DNA of 64,000 nt from NCBI GenBank assembly GCA_000091205.1, contig AP006485.2; one strand, given 5' to 3'. Source of the stretch: Cyanidioschyzon merolae. Its lineage: Eukaryota. Below are positions 11,030 to 19,930 of the stretch, one piece after another (positions within the stretch are counted from its first letter, which is position 1; each line of letters starts with the position of its first letter). The translations under genes were made by a program, and so were the position numbers. The notes beneath the pieces are model-generated. The model did no database searches and was not told the origin of the DNA. It saw only the letters and a list, made by a program, of their open reading frames with translations.

Positions 11030-13089
11030 TCATCTCCGTATATTGATTGCGGCGTTAAAGTCTCGGTTAAAAACCTCCATCCGTTTCTTGCGATTGGAAG
11101 TTGTACTCACTAATGCAAATAGCCCCTGCACTTTTGCCCTCCTTTCCATTTGCTCCTCCGTCAGCGGTCCGTACTTTGCTATATCCTCATGGCTCCTCTG
11201 GCACTTTTCCATCTCCACCCTCTGAAGTGTACACCCCAGCTCGTGGTGTGTATAGGACGTTCGGAACTCATCTATCGGTATTATAACAAAACGCCGTGCA
11301 CACTCCTTGCACGTTCTTGTCGTTGGAGCTGGTGTACACCCTTTTTGGGTCTTCCATCGCCCTGCTCCGTATGCCACTACCAGCCTCTGATTTTCATCCT
11401 CCTTCAGGGCACTCAACTGATTGAAAAAATTCGCGAGCGCCCGCTGCTTTCCACAATACAAATTCATTCGCAAACGAGCCCACCGGGGCTTTGCATACTC
11501 CTCGCACAGCGTATCTCAATGAGGAACGCGAACTTCCATGAATTTTCGAAAAGCTGCAAAGTCCGCTCCTCGGCTCGTCACCTCGCTCAAAGCTTCCAGG
11601 TGATCCTTCATTCCTACATTCCATGCAGCAATTTCCTTCCTTGCATTCATTGTTCCCGGTTCTCGATAGTATATTGCTCTCGAGAACCTCAAAAAAGACG
11701 CATGTCTTTCTGACGTAAGTTACCATCAGCACTATCTTCCGTACGCTTCGGTGCTGCGATGGTTATGATATTCGTATTCCCAGGGTCCGCGCCGACGACA
11801 AAGTCGTTATCCTGCACTTTCTGCGTGGCAAAATCCTCCTCCTTCTCATCTTCATGCATCGCCACGCCAACGACAAAGTCGTTAGCTTGCACCTCCTGCG
11901 TCGCAGCACCCGCCTCCTTCTCATCTTCATCGTTCGTCACGCCAAAGACAAGGTCGTTATCATGCACCTCCTGCGTCGCAGCATCCTCCTCTTTGTTTTC
12001 TTCATGCTTCGCCGCGTGAACGACAAGATCGTTATCCTCTACCTCCTGCATCGCTGGATCCGACTCCTTCTCATCTTCATGCTTCGTAACGGGCGAAGCC
12101 GAGGGCGGAACTGGACGATTTTTCTTCAAGCGCCGATATTGTACACACGTGGCTACTCCATCGGTTTCGATCATCCCAGTGAATACCTTTTGTTTGCTCA
12201 CTTCAGATGTTTGAAATCGAAGATATTCTTCCAGTACGTCTCACGATTTTCGCCGGAGAACTCCTCCTTGTTAGCATTGAACACCGGACTGATCTCCCTC
12301 ATGATGCCGTAAAGGATTCTGGAGTCCATACTCACAAAATGTGACTTGATGTTGCACATTGGAACCACGTTGAAGCGCTTCCCCACTAGGGCAGCCTTCC
12401 ATCTCTCCCACGCTTCATTTTTCCCCACTCAGCTTCACCTCTGCCTTGCGTTCGAGTTCACGGTCCAAAAACACGAAATACCGCAGGACGAGGCGATAGT
12501 ATCTTTCCTTATCTTCTCTCAACTCTGATATCTTGTCTGTTGGATTCGCTAACTCCAAGACTGCGCGGTGCTCTTGTATAGCCGCACGGATTACAGAAGC
12601 TTCATTTGTGCCCCTGCGTGACGCCTTCTCTCCGACGAATTCGATCTCATCTTCATGCTTGCGATCGTTCGTGATGCCGTTGATAATCGCCCATTTTCCG
12701 TTACGAGAGATGCCCGGGTACAGTGCAAACACGGCGCGTATCATGAAATGTTCGAGGTTCATTCTGAAATGGTTCTTCAGATTCGTCAGGTACTTCATCG
12801 CCCCATATGTGTAGATATCCGCGTCACCACTGTATCGGGTACCCTCGAGGAGGAATTCCGCGAAGTTTTCGTGGAGGACTTTCACCCGCTTATTTTCCCT
12901 CCGCGCTTCCTCTATGCCAAGCATCAAGTGACGAAAAAATGTGTTGTCGAAAAACTCGTCCGGAAGCTCGACCGTTTCCATGTTCGTCACGTAGCGATAC
13001 ATCTCCCTCACCAAATGCGTCGGTCCTGAAGAAGCCTTTATCATACTCATGGAGTACGACTCGAGACGGTTTTTGATGGCGTCCCGCAA
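11030..13089 (-). pseudogene. TnpB/Fanzor-like RuvC plus zinc-ribbon nuclease gene, near full-length but split over at least four reading frames (frameshifts)
   Basis: The C-terminal piece (11030-11473) ends ...CKECARRFVIIPIDEFRTSYTHHELGC...NRDFNAAINIRR*, i.e. a zinc ribbon, a TS-motif and the D-x-NAA-x-NI RuvC-III block typical of IS605 OrfB/TnpB and Fanzor. An upstream piece (11689-12201) carries FVVGADPGNTNIITIAA, which is RuvC-I GxDxG-like. The N-terminal pieces 12198-12428 and 12415-13089 are clean but joined by +1/-1 shifts at homopolymers (ggggaaaaa, aaacaaaag). A 26-aa x4 tandem repeat sits just before RuvC-I. Confidence 0.6.
11830..12125. repeat. About 78-bp x4 tandem repeat in-frame inside the Fanzor-like gene (peptide unit DNDLVVxxxxHEDEKEEDAATQEVx)
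   Basis: Repeated protein units in ORF 11689-12201 and a matching nucleotide periodicity (...gacaaagtcgttatcctgcac... recurring about every 78 bp). Confidence 0.7.
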
Positions 13090-13642
13090 CTTTTCCTTCT
13101 ACGGATCCTTGATATATTTAAGAACACAGGCTTTCACCACTATCTCGTTGTACAGTTGCCTTTCTTGCCGCCTTCGACGTAGAACCTCGCCCCCTTTTGA
13201 TTCCTCATCACTTCCTGTTCCTTTTCGCTCCGCCATGTTTATCCTTCTTTTCCGACGGCCGGCGATATCGGCCCTCCGGGATCCTCCACTTCCATTTCCA
13301 TGACTTTCCTTTTTTTATTTTTTTTGAAAACGAACGCTCTTTGAACGCTTCTGTTATATACTTCGAAAAAACACTTGAATATACTCAATTGAGGGTCGGA
13401 ATAGGATGGAACAAAAAACCTATACTTTGCTACGACCTCAACGCGAATACAACTTTTACAGTAGAATAGCACGCCAGTGATCAGGATCACTGTTCCCCTC
13501 AGGAGCGACCAGAGCGTCGTGTCTCGTGCCCGCCGGATCTGCCAGGTGCGCGTGCACGCGCAGCGGCTGACATGCGCCCCGCCGCCGATCAGGAGATTGC
13601 TTCTGGATATGTCTATCTCAAAGCGTGATAACCTGTTGCTGA

Positions 13643-15529
13643 ATGAACGCTCACCACAATGACTGGACTCCCGATAAAGTATTGGATACAGTGAGGGAAT
13701 ATGTAGACGCTGGAGCACTGTCGGAGTGTGCGGCACTGGACTTGCTGGAGCGTTTGCCGTTACCGCTGCTGGGCTGGACACTGGAGGAGTACGCGGTGCG
13801 GGCGTCGCTCGAGGCTTCAGACAGCGACGCGGTACCTTCTGACAACATATTTGATTCCATGCAGGTATTAACGAAAACAATGGAGAAACTGGTCAAGCTC
13901 TCTGCAACAAGTGCCCGAGTGCGTCACGTCGTACCTATAGAGCAGGTGCTCCAGCTCATCCACCTCGGTCTGAGCAGCCGGTACCCGCTGGTACGCACAG
14001 CTGCGCTCCGTCTGCTTTGTCTCCTTCTTGAACGGAATGACTTGCCTGAAGCGTTTTGTCAGCAAGTTGCAGACACTATTATCGAACGTTTTGAAAGTAC
14101 GAACGAGCTTCGTCCGGAGATAGAGGCCGCACAAGCGCCAGGTCCAGAAGTGAACGCTCCCAGCACAACTGCACAGCACGCCAGCGATATCCTGTCACTG
14201 GTGCTGCTGAGCTTCCGTGATGATCCATCCACCGAAGCTGCGGGAATTTGTGAAAAAATCCTGAAGAACCTGGTACAGCTGAAGCCGTTCCGCGGCGCAG
14301 TTGTGCTCTTCAGCGAAGCACGAGGCGCGCAAATCCTCGTACAGGAGATGCTCTCGGGTGCAGCGGGTGCGGTTGCGCATATCCGAGCCTTGAACTTGCT
14401 GCTTGAGATCTGCGACTACTCGTCTGTTGCAGAGATTGCCGCACGTCGGCTGTTGCCAACCGTGCTTGTAGCCAAAATCGCAGCTCCTGTTCGTTTGGAT
14501 GAGGACTTGCTACTCCGCTTGAACTTGCTGGATGTGCTTGGGGCTTTTATGCAACGCAGTGCAATAGCAGCCGAGTTGCTCGACCAAATTTCGGTATTCG
14601 ATGTGCTGCTACGCCAACACCTTGCCTATTTGTTGGCGCCAGACGAGCCTGCCTCGAGCGACTTGGCGGAACGCTGGTTTATTTGGATGTGTGGGATTCT
14701 GAGGTTCGTGCGCACCAGTGCCGGCTCCAGCCGTTGCGCCTTCCACGCTTGGATGAACGCCAGTCTCGTAGAGATTCTTGGGCGCTTTCTCTTGGTTCAC
14801 GTGGTAGATGGCGAGACTGAGACAGCACACTGGTCCGTACAACTTGATCAAGTTCGTCGGACGACGCTGCTGGTGCATCTGATCTCCGCGGTAGGCGCTC
14901 TGGGGCTCTGTGAACGCGGGATGGACGTGCTGCTTGCGGACGTTGACACCTTGAAACTAACGCTTCGTTTCATTCAAACGGCGAGCGTGTGCGATATTCG
15001 AGTGGCCTCCTTGCGCGCTTTGAGTGTGTTCCTGGCAGGTCTCGACGAGCCGCTTTCATCAGCAGCCGTCTCAGGGTACGGAGCCGCCGAATCCGACCTC
15101 GAATTTCGGCAGCAAAGGGTGCTGCATCTGTTCACTGATGCGATCAGGGATGCGGATCCCGTCAAGGCGTTCACGAATGCACTGCCCATTGTCCTGGACT
15201 GTGCACGGCATCCTTCGGAAGAAGAGCGGCTGGCTGCTGCGGCGGTATTCGCTGCGCTAAGTCTGTCGAGAATCGGAGTTGTCGCGTTGGCTAGTATGGC
15301 GGGCTTTGTGGAATGGCTCTGCGACCCGACGGACGCTTCTCTCGAGGTCCTGGAAGCTAAGATGCGCGTTGCACGACGCCTAGTTGAGCTGCACGCCAGT
15401 GACGGAGAAGTCGCATTCGGTGCGCTGAAATGGTCACGTATTGTCGCCGTGGTCTCGAATGGAAGCGATCCTCGAGCTGTGCGTCAGCGGCGCGTGCCTG
15501 CTGTAAACATTGCCACTCTGAATCGTTAG
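13643..15529 (+). CDS. Hypothetical ARM/HEAT-repeat-like protein (628 aa); function unknown
   Basis: Long clean ORF in GC-rich coding composition, with leucine-rich helical repeat character (LLCLLLERNDLPEAF..., LNLLLEICDYSSVAEIAARRLLPTVL...). No diagnostic motif recognised. Confidence 0.5.
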   Translation: MNAHHNDWTPDKVLDTVREYVDAGALSECAALDLLERLPLPLLGWTLEEYAVRASLEASDSDAVPSDNIFDSMQVLTKTMEKLVKLSATSARVRHVVPIEQVLQLIHLGLSSRYPLVRTAALRLLCLLLERNDLPEAFCQQVADTIIERFESTNELRPEIEAAQAPGPEVNAPSTTAQHASDILSLVLLSFRDDPSTEAAGICEKILKNLVQLKPFRGAVVLFSEARGAQILVQEMLSGAAGAVAHIRALNLLLEICDYSSVAEIAARRLLPTVLVAKIAAPVRLDEDLLLRLNLLDVLGAFMQRSAIAAELLDQISVFDVLLRQHLAYLLAPDEPASSDLAERWFIWMCGILRFVRTSAGSSRCAFHAWMNASLVEILGRFLLVHVVDGETETAHWSVQLDQVRRTTLLVHLISAVGALGLCERGMDVLLADVDTLKLTLRFIQTASVCDIRVASLRALSVFLAGLDEPLSSAAVSGYGAAESDLEFRQQRVLHLFTDAIRDADPVKAFTNALPIVLDCARHPSEEERLAAAAVFAALSLSRIGVVALASMAGFVEWLCDPTDASLEVLEAKMRVARRLVELHASDGEVAFGALKWSRIVAVVSNGSDPRAVRQRRVPAVNIATLNR

Positions 15530-16239
15530 ACCAAGGGCAGCATCGGCGATCGACACAGCGCTCTGCACGTTGAGCGCGACTCGTGTGCTTGCCAATGACC
15601 GGGCTTGGAGTCGCAGGGGAACCTGCTCGTCAGCTATCAGGTGCCGTGGACCTGGTCGGGATCGGTAGCATCTGCAGTCGTGCGGTCCAAGCGTCAGACA
15701 GCACCGTGCTGACAACAAACGCCTACTTGGCGCGCTTGTACGACAGGACGCTGTGCAGAAGCATGTTTGGTGTCGTTTTCGACGATCTGAGGATCGATGC
15801 AAGGTGCGTCTTCGAGGAAGGCATGCTCGGACGGCAAAACTTGGGTACCAAGGGCACTTCGATGCCTGTTCGCATCGATCGCTGGTATGCTGCGTATCTG
15901 GTAGAGGCGAATACCGTACATAGAGGTATGCGCTGGTGCGTCCGTTCACCGTCTCGATCCGCTGCTGGTACGCGGCTGCGTTAGAATTTCGAGTACCCGA
16001 CGCTGTTACGACGTAAAGGCGCTTCGGTTGATAGTCTTTCAACTCAATTTTGTTTCATCGCGGCTACGGTATATAGGAGGAGGACGAAATCACTAGGTAA
16101 TGTTCTGTATAGATTGTGGAGGAATTGCATACGGCATATGTATTCTTCACTGAACAATGCAATGATGATTGCATTGCACCTCGATGTCAATCATACCACT
16201 ATACGCAGATGCTGAACGAGCACTGAAAGAAACAAGTAT

Positions 16240-16608
16240 ATGCGCTCCGGGCCGAAACCTGATATTCTCAAAGCCTGCCTGCAATCAGTGATAGAAAACG
16301 ACCAGTTGATCAATTTACGGGAAGCAAATGCGTCCATAGTAGCCACCACGGGCGTCTCTGTTTCGCAACAGCTTATTCGCGTGATCCTGAAAACACCGGG
16401 ATCCAATCGCAATAAAGTGCTAGTTCATTCACAGCCAGCTTCTACCGAAATCGCAGGCACGGTGTTCCTGGAACGTCGCGATCGGTATGAAGCACAGGAA
16501 CATCAGTTTGTTTTCTCACTCGATGAGACTTGCTTCAAACGAGACAATCGCAGCGTAGATGAATACTTGCTGAGCGGGAGCCCGTTGCTCGTACGCTCGA
16601 AATCGTAG
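16240..16608 (+). mobile_element. Tc1/mariner-like transposase N-terminal fragment (HTH plus first catalytic-Asp region), degenerate
   Basis: HTH-like SIVATTGVSVSQQLIRVILK followed by FVFSLDETCFKRDN, which resembles the Tc1/mariner xFSDExxF block holding the first DDE Asp. It lies in an AT-rich island (about 15980-17600) next to Fanzor relic copy 2. The ORF is truncated. Confidence 0.35.
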
Positions 16609-17139
16609 AGAACGTCGACATCATCATCTGTTCTAGCTGCGGTGGATTCATTTGGCTGCCTCAGTTCCGCTGAAGAGAACACTCATGCAGCAGCGCCCTC
16701 TTTTTGTAGAGTCATTGAAGACTTGTCCCAGACGTCTGGTGAAGTCCTTCTATTGGACATAGTGGTATTTAGCCGTTCTGCTTCAGTTCGAGCATTTTTA
16801 GATTCTTTCGAGGGGTAGAGCTGGTTTCATTCCTTCTTCTCAACCATGGTTCATCCCCATAGAAGAAGAGTTTTGCGTCCTGAATCGTCACGATCGCTCC
16901 ACCGGGCGAATTGATGAAGCGTTCAGCACATGGTGACCAACCGGGGCACATTTGGTCTTTATTCCGCATGTGCTGCTCGATGCGGGAAGGTCGTCATCTC
17001 AGGCTATAAACAAATGCGTTCATTTTCGAAAAATCTAAGGGATGAGCTGGAATATACACCCTAGGATGTTGAGTTGGAGCGAGGCCAGTGGAGCGTTTCG
17101 TCGACAGATCAGCACGAAGAGCTAACAGAGCACCCAATG

Positions 17140-17252
17140 GCACAGCGTACACGGCTTCGTGGTCTCCTTGTATCGATTAGTTCAACCAGTGGCAACAAAC
17201 ACATGGAGTTCACGAACCGAGACTTTAACGCTGCGATCAGTACAAGACGGTG
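17140..17252 (+). pseudogene. TnpB/Fanzor-like C-terminal relic, copy 2 (RuvC-III block only)
   Basis: RLRGLLVSISSTSGNKHMEFTNRDFNAAISTRR aligns residue-for-residue with copy 1 AKVQGLFALVSTTSNRKKRMEVFNRDFNAAINIRR. Confidence 0.55.
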
Positions 17253-17795
17253 TGCGATGCTAAAGACGATACCCGATTGGCAGACGCGATCTAACTTTGT
17301 GGAGCAGCCTCTTAGGCATAAAATAAACAACGAGAAAATGAAACCGATCGCAGACAGCCGGTCTAAACAGACTGGAAGGCGTCTTCGAGTGGATTTTCAT
17401 CTACGCTCCATGGTTTTGAGGCATTCCTTTTTGTCTCACTGACGATGAGCCTAATCGAGAAGGAAATCAAGGCCAGTATCTGATATCGAAACTTGTTGCT
17501 GCCCAACAGATAGATTTAGGGTTCGTTCTTCTGTATCAGAAAACCTAGAGTGCGGCATCCGCGTATTCTGTATCCAGATATACTCACCCGCGAATAGCTG
17601 CCGCACTGCCGTGGCATTCGGGCGATATCTGTCTTTCAGACAACATTCTCGCTTCCACGCAAAGCCCCTGACGCACAGGCCGCGGGCAGCACAACCAGTA
17701 CCTGCAGAGAACATCGTGCAACGCTCCCCAGCGTTTGAAATCTGTCGAGGTTGCCGTGCTCTCGCTCCGATGAAAGCTCCAAACGCATGCAAAGC

Positions 17796-19058
17796 TCACA
17801 CGGGCCATTGGTGTTCTATCTCCGTCCGATGGGCTGTCTCAAAATCCAAGTGCACAAAGCAACGCTCCACGTAAGGCAAACACTCAATGCGGGCCTGGAG
17901 CGACTCCCCAATGTCATGAGAAACAACCAGCGGCATCTGCGGATCCAGCACAATATCGATTTCGGCAAAGCATGCTGGACCCACGTGGTACAGACAAACA
18001 CGATCGATCGCTCGAATCCGCGAATCATGCCAAAGCGCTGCAAAAGTTACCACAGAGTGCAGCCTACAGGATGCCGAGCGCGACAAAAACTGATCCAGAT
18101 GTCGTGAGGTCAGCCGCCACCAGTTGCGTAGGATAAAAGCAGAGATGAGCATGCCACCGAGAGGGTCTGCGGGCGGCCACCACTGCGCCAGAGCAGCAGC
18201 GCTCAGGGCACCCATATTCGACAGACAGTCATTCCAGTGGTCCATAGCCAACGCTGCAACCGAGTCCTGCACAGATACACGACAGTAGAGGAAGAGCGCT
18301 GCCTTGCTCAACAGGGCCACACCGATCCAGATGAGCACTGGGCGGGTAAATGGGTGCACTGTTGATGACCGTTCCGAGCCGCTCACGTACAGCACCAGCG
18401 ACTCTATGGACTGCGTCAGTACATTCAAGGTCAGTGCGGTCATGAGAACGGCCATGAGGATCACACCCACCGACTCGAGCCGCGTCCTACCGACCGGGTA
18501 TCGATAGCGAGTGGTGCGATCGTGTCGGTGGTGGCGCACATACCACGTCAGACCGATAATGACACCAGAGAAAAAGTCGAGGACGGCATCCACGGTATTG
18601 GCCAACAGCGCGAGACTTTGCATGGACACGTAGGCATACGCCTGCCCAAGGAGAAGCAGCAGGTTCGCTCCGTTGGATGCAAGGATCGCGCGTCGAGCGT
18701 AGTCTTCGGTGTCGACTCCTTGGTGCTGCGACTTGTTCGGAGGCATCACCGCGGTCCCTGGACGCTCCTCGGTCGACGTGCAGCTCGTGTAGGAGACGCT
18801 GGGCGTTGGCTCCGCAGTCAGCAGGTGCTTCGCTTCCTCAGGCGCTTCTGTCGAGAGGTTTGGCGTTGATGCCGCTGGCCAGCAGCTCGCATCCGCCGGG
18901 GCTGTCGGCAAAGACACGTACTGATCGAGCAGTTCATTCTGACGCTCATAAAACTTCCGGAGCGCAGCGTTCTCCAGATGCGTTGCATCCGCTCGAAAAA
19001 AGGCGCGTCTCCACTGTAGCGCCAACTGGTGACCCTGCACTGCGCTCGGTACGTCCAT
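17796..19058 (-). CDS. Cation diffusion facilitator (CDF/MTP/ZnT-like) metal efflux transporter
   Basis: Six-TM core with the CDF character (ALLANTVDAVLDFFSGVIIGLTWY, ...LMAVLMTALTLNVL...) and a C-terminal cytoplasmic domain. The N-terminal tail is Ser/Thr-rich. Confidence 0.75.
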   Translation of the reverse strand: MDVPSAVQGHQLALQWRRAFFRADATHLENAALRKFYERQNELLDQYVSLPTAPADASCWPAASTPNLSTEAPEEAKHLLTAEPTPSVSYTSCTSTEERPGTAVMPPNKSQHQGVDTEDYARRAILASNGANLLLLLGQAYAYVSMQSLALLANTVDAVLDFFSGVIIGLTWYVRHHRHDRTTRYRYPVGRTRLESVGVILMAVLMTALTLNVLTQSIESLVLYVSGSERSSTVHPFTRPVLIWIGVALLSKAALFLYCRVSVQDSVAALAMDHWNDCLSNMGALSAAALAQWWPPADPLGGMLISAFILRNWWRLTSRHLDQFLSRSASCRLHSVVTFAALWHDSRIRAIDRVCLYHVGPACFAEIDIVLDPQMPLVVSHDIGESLQARIECLPYVERCFVHLDFETAHRTEIEHQWPV

Positions 19059-19930
19059 TCAGTGATTTTATGGTAGGCTGCCCGGATTTTGCAAGTGCAC
19101 AAGGAAGAAAACGCCTGGTTTTCTGGATGAAGCGCTTCCCTGGTGGTACCTACCCGCCAAGTATAACGCGCTTTCCCGGTGGAAATGGCACCCGGGTAGA
19201 GCGCGTAGCTCCCGATGCGTAGCTGACTTCTCTACTCGAGCGTAGAGCAGCTACAGGCCTTGTGCATTCGCTAGGCTTTCCACTTAGTGCCTCTTTGACA
19301 AGAAAGTAGTTCGACTCGGAAGCACGTCGCTCCTAGCGGGTGCAGCAGCGAAAAACGCTCTGCCCGCAACCCAGGTGACTAGTGCGCTGGACGACGAGGC
19401 GTCGGTGTTTCGCTTCAAGCGACACTAGAGCTGAGCTCAGCGTGGACGCGAACGAGTCTCGAGGTTCGCAGCTTCCATCGTCGTATAGCGGTCAGTTGTC
19501 TATCTGGTAGACTGTTGACACTTGCCGTCTGTGTAGGAGACAAGGAGTCTGTACCTGGGTTGCTCTTCGGGACGAAGCACCAGCACCTGCATCAACGTAG
19601 CCGCGCTTCGTCTCTGCAAACGAACGCTTTGCGGAAAGCGACGCGTTTAGCTAAAGCACAGGACTCGGGTGTTTTTGGAGACGCTGTTTGAAAATCCGAG
19701 AATAAGAGGCTCTGCGTTAGAAGCGGACTCTGTAGGGTGCATAGACGCTAGGGCAGCACGCTTGGGCTCTGGAAAGCACACGAGCGCGCAGCCGGAGCAA
19801 CAGCAGCTGCAACCGAACTCGAAACGCTCTACGCACACTCGAAGAAGCACTGATTCGGGTTTGTGCTGTTTTCGTGCAGCGCTGGATAGGGCTCGCGGCG
19901 GTACGACTCTCCCGCTTCCGGTGACCGGGC

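Larger units (their letters stand above)
10931..13490 (-). mobile_element. Roughly 2.5-kb AT-rich insertion carrying a TnpB/Fanzor-like gene (family copy 1); boundaries approximate
   Basis: GC content drops sharply at about 10925 and recovers at about 13470-13490. An 8-bp inverted match TTCTACTG (10931-10938) / CAGTAGAA (13459-13466) and a 14-bp palindrome gtgatcaggatcac (13477-13490) lie at the edges. The interior encodes the Fanzor-like gene listed next. Confidence 0.5.

Noticed and set aside
13239-13880. 213-aa minus-strand ORF overlapping the start of the ARM-protein gene
   Set aside because: Pro/Arg-rich, it overlaps a convincing plus-strand gene and runs into AT-rich non-coding sequence. 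It is spurious.
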